Source: Vitrella brassicaformis CCMP3155 (lineage: Eukaryota; Protista; Chromerida). From it: DNA of 36,577 nt. A program made the translations under genes and the position numbers. Of this stretch, positions 24,641 to 34,598 are shown piece after piece (position 1 is the first letter of the stretch; each line of letters starts with the position of its first letter). The stretch lies in the NCBI GenBank assembly GCA_001179505.1, contig CDMY01000650.1:1-36577 (forward strand), in the 5' to 3' direction. Under the pieces are notes generated by a model. It ran no database searches. It saw only the letters and a program-made list of their open reading frames with translations, and was not told the DNA's origin.

Positions 24641-26171
24641 ATGTTGGTGCTTGTGTTGCTTTGCTTCATCGCCACGGCCGCTTCATCGAGTGATACACGT
24701 GAGTGTTCAAAGGTCTGCGTCGGTGCACTCACATGTGCTCGTGGTTGTGGTTGTGGTTGTGTGTGGTGTGAATTCAGCGCCATCGTCGTTTGTCGGTACT
24801 CGAATGCTTGGAGGCGCGTCGGTTATCCGCCGTGTGAATCATTCGTCAGAGTCACGCGCACCTCTCTTCGCCACACAGGCAGGCAGGCTGCACACAGTGT
24901 GGCACATCTACACTGACAGACGGCATGAGCACATGGGTGCGTGTGCCTGGCGCATTGGATGCAGGATGCTGCTTCGGCAACAAGTGATGGTTCGTGATAG
25001 TTGGCTGCAGCTGAAACACACATGCGTATACGCAGACACCGGCAATGTGATGTGTGTGTGTGTGTGTGTTGATCGGTGCTGCCGCCCTGCGCAGGGCGGC
25101 ATGTGTTTCGGCACTTCCTCGAGAGAGCGCAGGAAAAGGTGGCACGCGACAAGGTGGGCTGGCTGGGCATTTCTTGCCTTGCAAGTGTGTGGCTGTGTGC
25201 TGCTGCCGCCATCCATCCATCCATCCATCCATCCATCCATCCGTCCGTCCGTCCGTCTGTCTGTCTGTCTGTCTGTCTGTTCGTGTGTGTGTGTGAGGCT
25301 CTCGAAGACGTACGTACGCCACCACACACACACACACACAGACAGAGAGAGAAAGAGAGAGACCGAGACCGAGATGGATGTGTTTTGTGTTGATTCACGC
25401 GATCGATCGATCAGCCTGAGAAGATGAAAGACGTAAGTGTGGGTACGGTGCGGCAGACTCCACTCATTGCATTGCTGCATTCCGCTGATTGCACATGGGC
25501 AGTGGAGGGTCGTCACTTGGTCAGACAACTCCCTGGGAAAACTCAGACGGGTCGGTGCCCCTCCCCCCCNNNNNNNNNNNNNNNNNNNNNNNNNNNNNNN
25601 NNNNNNNNNNNNNNNNNNNNNNNNNNNNNNNNNNNNNNNNNNNNNNNNNNNNNNNNNNNNNNNNNNNNNNNNNNNNNNNNNNNNNNNNNNNNNNNNNNNN
25701 NNNNNNNNNNNNNNNNNNNNNNNNNNNNNNNNNNNNNNNNNNNNNNNNNNNNNNNNNNNNNNNNNNNNNNNNNNNNNNNNNNNNNNNNNNNNNNNNNNNN
25801 NNNNNNNNNNNNNNNNNNNNNNNNNNNNNNNNNNNNNNNNNNNNNNNNNNNNNNNNNNNNNNNNNNNNNGCCCCCCCCCCCCCCCCCCCCCCCACACACC
25901 GATCTTCCCACGTCTGTCTGTCCTTCATCCAGACTTTGGAATCGGCCATGTACCGACACAAGCAAGATGCGGTCACATTAGAGCTCCAGCCGCACTCTCT
26001 CTCTCTCTCTCTCTCGTGTGTGTGTGTGTGTGTAGAAAGGAGGACGGCAGCATTGACCCGGACGAGTTGGGCGTCGAGGGCCCCAAAGACCTGATGCACT
26101 TCATGGAGCTGGCGGGCGGCAAGGTGGTGCCCCTCGACTATGTGGTGTCGGGCGAATGGCAGAAGGACTAA
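24641..26171 (+). CDS. Hypothetical multi-exon protein with a signal peptide or N-terminal anchor
   Basis: MLVLVLLCFIATAASSSDT|PPSSFVGTRMLGG...; last exon KEDGSIDPDELGVEGPKDLMHFMELAGGKVVPLDYVVSGEWQKD*. The internal exon chain is uncertain and crosses a gap. An in-frame upstream ATG lies at 24521. Confidence 0.5.
25570..25869. other. Assembly gap (300 N)
   Basis: N run flanked by poly-C. Confidence 1.
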
Positions 26172-26730
26172 CCCAAAAGCAGCCCGACCCCCGCGGACAA
26201 CGACAAGGCCATGGACAGTGACGAAGAGGGCAGCGACGAGAGCAGTGAGGACCTATACACACACACACACACACATACACATACACACACCTGTGTGTCT
26301 TGTGTGCAGGCGGGGCGGAGGCCAACGACACGAAGCGCACGTGACTAGCCGACTTGCTGCAGATGGATAGACAGCACAGACAGGCGGAATGAAATGCCTT
26401 TTTTTCGGAGTGCACAGGGGAGACAGGTCTGATGTGATAGGGCAGGTCCCTTTTTTCGGTGTGGTGCAGGGCAGGACCATTCCAATTTTATTGGTAGGTA
26501 GCCAGGTGGCTCGGTGTGTCGGTGGCTGGGTGGGTGGCTGGGACTTTTGTCCGTTTGTGTGCTGGGGCTCGGCGGTTGCTGATGGGATGTGTGGATCGTT
26601 TTGGCAAGTGAGGCGAGTGGCTACTGAGCGCATTGGTAGGGGCTTGTGTGATGATGTCGGTACGTCAGAGTGAGCGGATCTCGTTTGTGAGTCACTTAAT
26701 TCAGGGACGGGGGAATGCTACCCAACTCGC

Positions 26731-29032
26731 GTCAACAATCCTTGACCACATAAATGTCTCACGCCATGCAACATGAACGCCAAATCGGATGTAGGCACAT
26801 GGAAAGCCGTCCGATTTCCATACGCTCGATCGTAGCTACCTACCCACTGTCGTGTGTGGCGGCGATGGTGAGCTTACCGTCGTCCTGGTCGCACCCTATG
26901 ATTGTGCCCTCGACGCTGCCGAGTTGTGCAGGCGCGGCAGCATCTAATATTTGCACGGCAGACTCGAGCAGGCTGCGTGTGTGGGCGTCCATGCCCAGCA
27001 GCGACCTCATGCTCAAACAGGCGAACTCGACAGAGTCCGAGACGCCTGCAGGAACTGATGCATTTGACACACAGGCAGACTCACGCACGGGTCTCTCAGT
27101 CGGGCTGTCTACGCACCCACACACCCACCCACCTGTGAGATCGACGAGCAGTCTTGTGATGCATGGGAGTCCATCTGCCTGCTCGCCTATGTCGATGGCG
27201 TCCCCGCTGCCCTCTCCCCAAATCACACTCGCAGTCACCAGGTCGAGCTCTCGCTCAGGCCCGATCGCCTTGATGGCCTGCAGCGCCTGTTCCATCGGCA
27301 CACCGCCCAGGATGGACAGCACCCGCAAGTTGGGCATCTTGCTGGCCAGCTGGGTGCCGGCCGCTAATGCCGTGCGCTTGCCGAGGACCAGGGTCGACAC
27401 CTGCGGCATCGGCTGGATCTGGTCGATGATGGCGAGGGCAGGGTGGGCGGGGGCGGGGGCGGCCTGTGCAGGCTGGTCGACACCGATCACAACCGCACTT
27501 GTGGCCTTGTTGAATAAAAGGCCTGGCCATGTCGAGCATCGCAGGCGTGGGCGGGATGCCACCCGAGTAGGACCACCTGACGTCCACTGCCACCACAGTC
27601 GCCTGGTCTGCCAGCTGGCGCATGAGGGTCTTGAGGATGGGGGAGGGGGCAGCGGGGAAGAGGGGGCTGTGCAGAGTCACCAGGATGAACAATCCTGCGG
27701 CACTGGTGAAGCTAATGGGGACGTCCCCGATGCACACCGCACTGGCGAATGTCTGCAGGGCCTCGGCGAACTGGACAATCCTTGGGCCCACATCCGCCGG
27801 CTCGACGAACTTGACCTTCAGCGACTTGAGGGACCGACGACAGCCTCGTGACACGAGGACCGACCCCAGCTCCTAAGAAAGGAAATGACATGGGTCAGTA
27901 TCATTGCATCTGTTGTGCATTCCGTGTTAGCAGCCTGCTGACCTGCAACTGAGTGCACCATAACACCAACGCCTGCTGATTCGTCATCAGGTCGCCGGGG
28001 ACCTCAATCACCCCGATATCCTCCAAATTCGCCAGCGGCCCCGCCTGCTCCAACACCTCGGCCTTCTGGTCAACCGTCGAGGGCACGTCGAACACCCTCA
28101 GGCACCGCGACGAGCCGACGAGCTGTCCCAGTGTGTCGACGTGCTCGTGCGCCTGCACCCGCTCCAGCGACGGGGCGCACCAGCCGCGGTTGCCGATGCC
28201 ACGGTGGTGGGCAGTGAGGCCGGTGATGGATGTGAGGGCGGGGAGGGAGGGGGGCGGGGCACACGGAGGGGGAGGATGGGGTTGGTGCGCCCGACGGACG
28301 GCATGTCCTCGTCGTTCAGCTCAACCGCCTCGAAGGCGATCGTCGTGAGTGAGCCGTCGGGGATGTCGGCCTCCTCTCCCCGCCTCTCTGCCTCCGTTCT
28401 CTTCTCCGCCACCATCGCTGTGCGGCCCTCTGTGTGGCCCTCGATGAGTGCCGAGATGACGTCCAGACACCAGGCCCCCTCGCCAGCCGGGTGACCGCAC
28501 CAGATGCGGGCGACCTTCGGCATGCGGCCGCCCCACCTCTTGGCCACGTTGACGGGCATCGTCTGCCAGAAGGCCCTGTCGGCGGCCCGGGAGCCGTCGA
28601 TGTCCACCTGGCGCCACTGAGCCCCGGCCTCCTTGGCGATGCTGTTGTCGAAGAGCGGCCAGACGCCATAGTCCGAGATGAGAATGAGGTCCTCACGCGA
28701 CAGACGCCTCCCAGCCTGCGATGGGGAAGATCCATCATTGTCGAATGCATCGAATTTGGCTTCCTGGTGGTCTTACCTCTCCCTCGTTGGTTGGCCGCCG
28801 TCCCGACTGAGAGATCAAACGAAAAGACGTGCCTGGCGTGCCTATCGGCGTGCCAGCCATCCTGCACATGTCACCACATCCGCAGAGCATACCATTCCAC
28901 ACACAGGCAGGGAATGACTGGAGGGGCTCAACTTAGGAGTGAGTGCTCGGCTCACCTGCATACTAGGTATTAGTTTAAGAGGCGAGATGCTAAGATCTAC
29001 CACGACGTCTTGACGGGTCAAGGATAATGGAT
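26731..29032 (-). mobile_element. Candidate gene-carrying DNA cassette bounded by hairpins and a short inverted repeat (copy 1)
   Basis: Similarity to 36015.. begins abruptly at GTCAACAATCCTTGACC. ATCCTTGACC (26738..26747) is the reverse complement of GGTCAAGGAT (29016..29025). No transposase and no target-site duplication are seen. Confidence 0.45.
26840..28961 (-). pseudogene. Lineage-expanded hypothetical gene family member with two apparent frameshifts
   Basis: Exons MQ|SGRRPTNEGE|AGRRLSRED...MPVNVAKRWGGRM...WCLDVISALIEGH. The frame breaks at the G-run near 28250 and again near 27520 (MLDMAR/GLLFNKATS). The C-terminus is ...KLTIAATHDSG*. Confidence 0.7.
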
Positions 29033-29048
29033 CACACCCGTAGCGTCA

Positions 29049-29144
29049 GGGAGGTGTAGCTCAACTGACAGGGGCAGCCCGAAAGGCTTTGGGTTAAACC
29101 CGCCGCCCTCGTACAATGCGGGTTCGACCCCGCCGCCTTCCACC
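29049..29144 (+). ncRNA. tRNA-like structured element (pseudo-tRNA, SINE head or novel RNA); no valid anticodon arm
   Basis: Acceptor-like stem GGGAGGTG/CGCCTTCC plus A; A-box-like TAGCTCAACTGA; D-stem GCTC/GGGC; T-arm GCGGG-TTCGAC-CCCGC with B-box GGTTCGACCCC. Confidence 0.65.
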
Positions 29145-29399
29145 TATGAGGCGTTCAGTGGAAATTCGCCACAGCAAGTTCTTGCCTTCTTGGCTCATCT
29201 GCAGCGCCCGTGGTTTGCCTGTTTCCGTTTGCAAGCAACTTGCAGCTTGCACGATCGCAAGCTCGCTGGGAAGAGCGTCGATTCCAAAGTTCTGATGCTC
29301 TGCCGGTGCTGGACTGAAGCCCCGAGTGGTCGTCCGGCGAGACCTTTCTCCGTCACGCCGTGGTAATGAGATTTTCTTCATCATTGTGCTTGGTTGGCG

Positions 29400-30100
29400 T
29401 GGTGGTGGCTGCTCCGGCCTGTAGGCGGTGCTGCCGTCACAGAGGTGAGGGCAACGCGACAGACACAGACACACACATGTGGGATGAATCAGACCAGCGC
29501 AGAACTGACACGGCCGTCCGGTTTGGTTGCCTTTGTGTGTGTGTCTGCAGGTGTATTTGGCCACTGCAGAGGGCGTGGGCTCTGGCGAAACACGCACCTG
29601 CCAGGTGGACTAATGAAATGCACAGAAGCGCACACACACAGACACACAGAGGGTGCGCCTGTGTGTGTGGTGTCAGTTGGCTGTGGGTGACGGGGGTCCG
29701 CTGCCCTTTGGTGAGGGTTATCTCGATTTGCGTGTGGAGATCGCCGTCACAAAGTCGAGAGACTGCGAAAGGGTACGCACACACACGAGAGGCATGTCGA
29801 CTTGTGTGTGTGATCATTGGCTGGGGCGTGTGTGTGTGTGTGTGTCAGGGCACTGTGTTATGTTCCAGAAGATGGCACTGTCGTACAAGCAACTCCCAAT
29901 CTGCCTGATGTGTGGCGTGTTACCATGTTGTGTGCGCAGTCGGCCGGTCGATCGGTCAGTTTGGCTGACTTCGGTGTGTGGCACCGCAACGAGATGAGCG
30001 GAGCCCTCCGCGGCCTCACGCGCGTCCGCCGCTTCCAGCAGGACGACGCCACCCGACCAAATCGCCGCACGCACAACAAGAAACTAACACACACAAGACA
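29400..30100 (+). other. Possible spliced transcript of unknown coding status
   Basis: Three well-formed plus-strand introns (GTGAGG..CTGCAG, GTGGAC..TGTCAG, GTACGC..TGTCAG). I could not establish a start codon or a convincing protein. Confidence 0.3.
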
Positions 30101-30857
30101 GAGAGAGAAGCGTTCAGAAACAATCATTTGTGTGAGTGTGGCTGTGTCTACGCGCCTGAGTGTCAGAGCTGAGCTGGACTTTTTGTCCTCTTCGTCTACA
30201 AGCGCTTTGGCTTCGACTTCGACCCAATGGCTGCACTGTCTTCTGTTCCCTGTTGATCCACAGGGGAAACTGAGCTGTGGGATAAGGCTGAGGGCTTCTC
30301 GCCGGTAAGGGATCTGCTCAAGGCGACGTCGCCCCCGCCGTCCTACGCCCTGCCGCTGCACGTGACCCTCCGGCCGCTAACATCCTGCTCGGTGGTGCTC
30401 TCTGTGACGAAATAAATGAGTGACAGACAGGCAGACACAGTGGGTGGGATGGCGGGGCGAGTGACGCAGTTGATTTGGGGGTGCGGCGCGCTGGTGTGTT
30501 TGTATGTCATTAATCGGCTGCCAGCGGATGGACAGCGGGATGAGATACCCACAAGACTTTGTGTGAGTGCGTGATCATGGCCAAGGGTATGGGTATGTAA
30601 GGGTCAAGCGAGAATTGAAAAACAGCACACACGCGTCAGCTATCAGTCCATCCATCTGTCAACCCATCGCCAACTCAACACGCTACCCCCACTACCCTTC
30701 CAGTCGGTCGACAGACAGCGACCGCCCCCCCGTCGCCTGTCACTCAGCTCGCGACGCCCCCCGGCACACACAGATGGTGTGGCGCCTGACCTGACACGCA
30801 CCAAGGTCGCATCGATTTTTCCCTCATGTGTGTCGTGTGCGCACCTGACGCGTAATG

Positions 30858-32649
30858 TCAGATGGCTGACAGCAGCTCCAGGCAGGGGCGGTCCATCTTG
30901 TTCTGGGCGATGGCCACTGTCTGGGGGAAGGCAGTAGGGCCAGTAACGCCCTGCTGGGGCGCCTCGGTGGTCCAGAGGGCGATGCTTGCCGACTCATCAG
31001 GGTACTTGGTCATCTCGATGTAGGCCGTGAACTCGTCGCCTTCCTCGTCGCCACACAGTATGACGAGGCGGGAGGAGGTGTCGTAGTTGGTGTAGTCGAT
31101 GGTGCGACAGCCCCACAGGGGCGGCTCCTGGGCCATCAGCGCACCGATGCTGTCATACCCAGCAGAGTACCGACTGTAGGACCGATACCACAGCACAGGC
31201 GACCATGTCAACGCTGTAGGACGCCAGTAGTTACACGACACCACACGCGACGACAGCGATGCCAAACTGAAAGAGCAGGAAGGGAAAAGGCAGACAACAC
31301 GACACATTGGTGTGGTGTGCTCTCTCATTTGAGTCGCTGTATACTTCTCGATGATCCGTCCTCTAAAGGTGCATGCTCGAAACCAATTTCTGCAGACGCA
31401 CACACACAGCGGCAAACACCATCCATGCCAAGTTGCCTCTCGTGTGGTGCTTTTCCCTCCCCTCTCTCACGTCGGCACGGGGGATCGGCTGCGTCGGTGT
31501 GCACCCTCACCACACCCCCGCCCACCGTGTCCCTCCCCCCGGCAGTGCGCGTCAGCTGCATACTGTCGCCCAGTCGGTGGGCGTAGAGGCTGTACTGGCG
31601 GATGGCCTCTGGGCGGTTGAGGAAGACGGTCTTGTCGGCCGTCGCCTGCCGCACGTCGGCTGCTGTGATGATGAGTGGAAGCGACGCCAGACAGCCACTG
31701 CTCCTGGCCAGGGGCAGGATTGGCTTATTGCCCGCCCACTGCCCGCCCTTGGCCAGCACCCACCACAGGCTCTCCAGAAACCCCCGTTGGGTCATCTGCT
31801 GCTGCCCGGCCCCTCCCTGCGGCTGCTGCTGCTGCTGGGTGGTGTTGTGGTCATACGTCAGCACGCTGTCGATCTGTTGCTCGCGCAGCAGCTGGTCGAT
31901 GCGCTCCTGGATGCTCGTGGTGATGTTGGTGGCGAAGTCGAGTGTCTTGCAGGCACCAAAGAGAGCGGCACACCCCGCAACGCCCAGGAGGTCCGTGAAG
32001 TCCTCCGACAAAGCCGCCACCTCACAAAGCCCGAGGCTATCGACGATGGCCTTGAACAGACAGAAGGGCTCGCCGCTCTGCGCAGGCAAAGAAAGGCGAC
32101 ACGTGAGTCGAGGAGGATGGATTCATGTCAGCGATGCCGTGCAGGTGTGTACCTTCTGTCCATCGAGGCCCTGCTGCTGGACAATCTCACGGCCAACCCA
32201 TTTGAAGCCATCGCACCCCTGCGAATCAACCGCACAAGATCCTTGTCAACAGGACATCCCTGTATGTGTGTGTGTCTGCTTACTGCCTGGATGTCGTCAA
32301 GCTTGTGGAAGTGTCTTGTGGCGTTGGGCACGACTCTCTTGAACTCCTCTGTGCCGCCCACCTCCCGCATGAAGACCCTCGTCCCTCCCGCAGTCGGCTC
32401 CAGCTTGTACACCTCGGCCTCCACCCACTGGAACTTGTCGTCCCTTCTCCGCTCCGACACCATCAGCACGCGGCTGCCCACACGATACCGACACGGCGAT
32501 GCACCGACGGCCGCCTGCGTGACAAATGGGTCAAGCAACAAAAAAAGACGACGTCCAGCCCAGCCGTGCGCGTCTGTGCTGCGCGGCTTTGTGCTCTCTG
32601 TGCTCACCTGTGGATGAGTGTTACGGCCAGATGAGCTCGACGATGCCAT
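30858..32649 (-). pseudogene. Second lineage-expanded family, paralog B; 1-nt deletion frameshift near 31372
   Basis: Shares blocks with 33342..34598 (IRQYSLYAHRL, DAADPPCR, LMAQEPPLWG, RLVILCGDEEGD, WTTEAP, IAQNKMD). The exon 31389..31345 is 45 nt against 46 nt in the paralog. Confidence 0.7.
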
Positions 32650-33028
32650 CGTTGTGATGATGATGCAGCAGTGGCGGAGATCTCTAACTCACTCGAACAC
32701 GCCGGTTTCCGCCGACCGGAGATCTGTCGACTCACAGGAAGTACACGCCGGCGGCTGTACTCAAAAACGACGCGGTCAGGACATTTATTCGATCTCGCGA
32801 GCTTCAAACATTCTGCGGCTGCGCCTCAGGCAGACGTCGCTCAGAGGACTCCCTCTCTGTTCCGCACGACAGAGATCTCATCGCACCTCTGCCGTGTTCG
32901 TCGTGAGCCCTCCTGTCTGGCGGAGTGCCGTCCGGCCTTGTGACTGATTGGCTCATTGACTCATCGACTGACTGATTTGGTCGTTGGACGTTCGCTGCCC
33001 TCTCACCGGTAAGCACAGCACGAGAGAT

Positions 33029-33063
<35 letters not shown>

Positions 33064-33341
33064 GTGTGAACGACACACTCACTCACTGCGCCATTGTGTG
33101 TGTGGCGGTCTTCAGGCGTCGTGTGGGCTGCCGTGAGACCAGCGGGCGGCAACAATGAGCAGCACATCGGCATCAGCTGCTGCAGGTGGGCCGACTGAGT
33201 GGGAGAGGGAGGGGAGGGCTCATGTGTGTGTGGTGTGGTGTGTGTTGGCCAGGTGGTGGTGGTGGAAGTAGCGGTGTGGTTGACTTGGGGTTGGAGCCAT
33301 AAATCACACCGCCACACACGACAATGAGCAGTCGGTGAGCC

Positions 33342-34598
33342 ATGATGCGGCCGCACAAGCAAAGATCGTCATGGTCTCGTCTGCTTCTCGTGAGTCTGGC
33401 TCACTTGATTGGGTTTGACTTGATTGGGTTTGGGTTCGGGCGGCAGCTATACGCCCTGCCCGAGGCCCTCATGCACGGCACACTCCTCCCCCTCATCCAC
33501 CGGCGCCCCCACACCGCACTCGCCGAGGTCAGCAGTGCCCTCTGCTGCACCTCACCGGCAGTCGGCACCGCCGTCGCGGCCGCCCTCATCCAACAAATCG
33601 ACAGCATCATCGAACGCGACGGCCTCAGCGGCGTCATCGGCTATAGCCCGCTGCGCCAGTCGACCGGCGTCAGTCGGTCATTCCGGCTGATCCGGCTGCA
33701 CCATGTGATGGTGACGAGGGGCGACTGGCGGGGCAACGTGCCGGTGCTGCGGATCGCCAAGAGCTGTGGACGAGTGCAGCAGCTGCCGATCGAGCTGACG
33801 GATGACGACCTGCAGCAGGTGGGCAGCAAGGCCGTCATCGACAGCCGGCCGCCCAGCATCCACCAATACGCCCTCTACAGTCACCGACTGGATCGCATGA
33901 CAGGGCTGACGCGCGATGCCAACGGGAGGGAGATCCTGGGCATTGGTGAGGTGGTGGTGTACACACAGCAGACGGTGCCGGCTGAGTATGCGGACCGATT
34001 CGATGCGGCCGATCCCCCGTGTCGACGTGAGAGATGGGAAGGCAAAGTAGCGCAGGAGAGCCAACCTGAAATGGATGGTGTCTGCCACTGTTTGTATGTG
34101 TCTGCAGACTGTGGTGCCGAGTACGGCAGCTTCCGAGGACTGATCATCAGGAGGTATACAGCGACTCAGATGAGAGAACACGACACACCAATGTGTCGTG
34201 TTGTCTGCCTTTTCCCTCGGTGCTTTTTCAGTTTGGGAGAGTGGTTGTCGCGTTTGGTGTCGTATGAGTTCTGGACTCCGCCCTCTGACGAGTATCGTAG
34301 CATCGGTGGCCTGATGGCCGAGCAGCCGCCCCTGTGGGGCGGCCGCACCATCGACCACAGCACCATCGGCGACCCATACCGACTCCGACTCGTCATCTTG
34401 TGTGGCGACGAGGAGGGCGACGACTTCATGGCATACATCAGGATGTACGTGCATGGTAATGGGTCGGCATCGATCGACCTCTGGACCACCGAGGCGCCCC
34501 GGGAGGGCGGCAGTGGCCCTGCTGCCTTCCCGCGGGCAGTCGACATCGCCCACAACAAGATGGACGGCCCCGCCCTGGCGCTGCTGCGAAACATCTGA
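33342..34598 (+). CDS. Second lineage-expanded family, paralog A (intact); possible F-box-like N-terminus
   Basis: Open frame containing GT-AG introns 33390..33446, 34027..34107 and 34154..34231. It is homologous to 30858..32077. Confidence 0.8.
   Translation: MMRPHKQRSSWSRLLLVSLAHLIGFDLIGFGFGRQLYALPEALMHGTLLPLIHRRPHTALAEVSSALCCTSPAVGTAVAAALIQQIDSIIERDGLSGVIGYSPLRQSTGVSRSFRLIRLHHVMVTRGDWRGNVPVLRIAKSCGRVQQLPIELTDDDLQQVGSKAVIDSRPPSIHQYALYSHRLDRMTGLTRDANGREILGIGEVVVYTQQTVPAEYADRFDAADPPCRRERWEGKVAQESQPEMDGVCHCLYVSADCGAEYGSFRGLIIRRYTATQMREHDTPMCRVVCLFPRCFFSLGEWLSRLVSYEFWTPPSDEYRSIGGLMAEQPPLWGGRTIDHSTIGDPYRLRLVILCGDEEGDDFMAYIRMYVHGNGSASIDLWTTEAPREGGSGPAAFPRAVDIAHNKMDGPALALLRNI

Noticed and set aside
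26731-29032. Calling the cassette an autonomous transposon or Fanzor/TnpB element
   Set aside because: The cargo ORF shows no transposase, HUH, RuvC or RT motifs, and there is no target-site duplication.
29049-29144. Calling this a functional tRNA (Phe, Pro, Gln, Thr or Sec) or a tmRNA
   Set aside because: No candidate anticodon sits in a 5-bp stem with a 7-nt loop, and there is no tag ORF between the acceptor halves.
32260-32283. Apparent 24-nt GT-AG mini-intron
   Set aside because: The acceptor at 32219 (65-nt intron) gives the frame that joins the next exon in phase (GCDGFKWVGRE...GQK|SGEPF).
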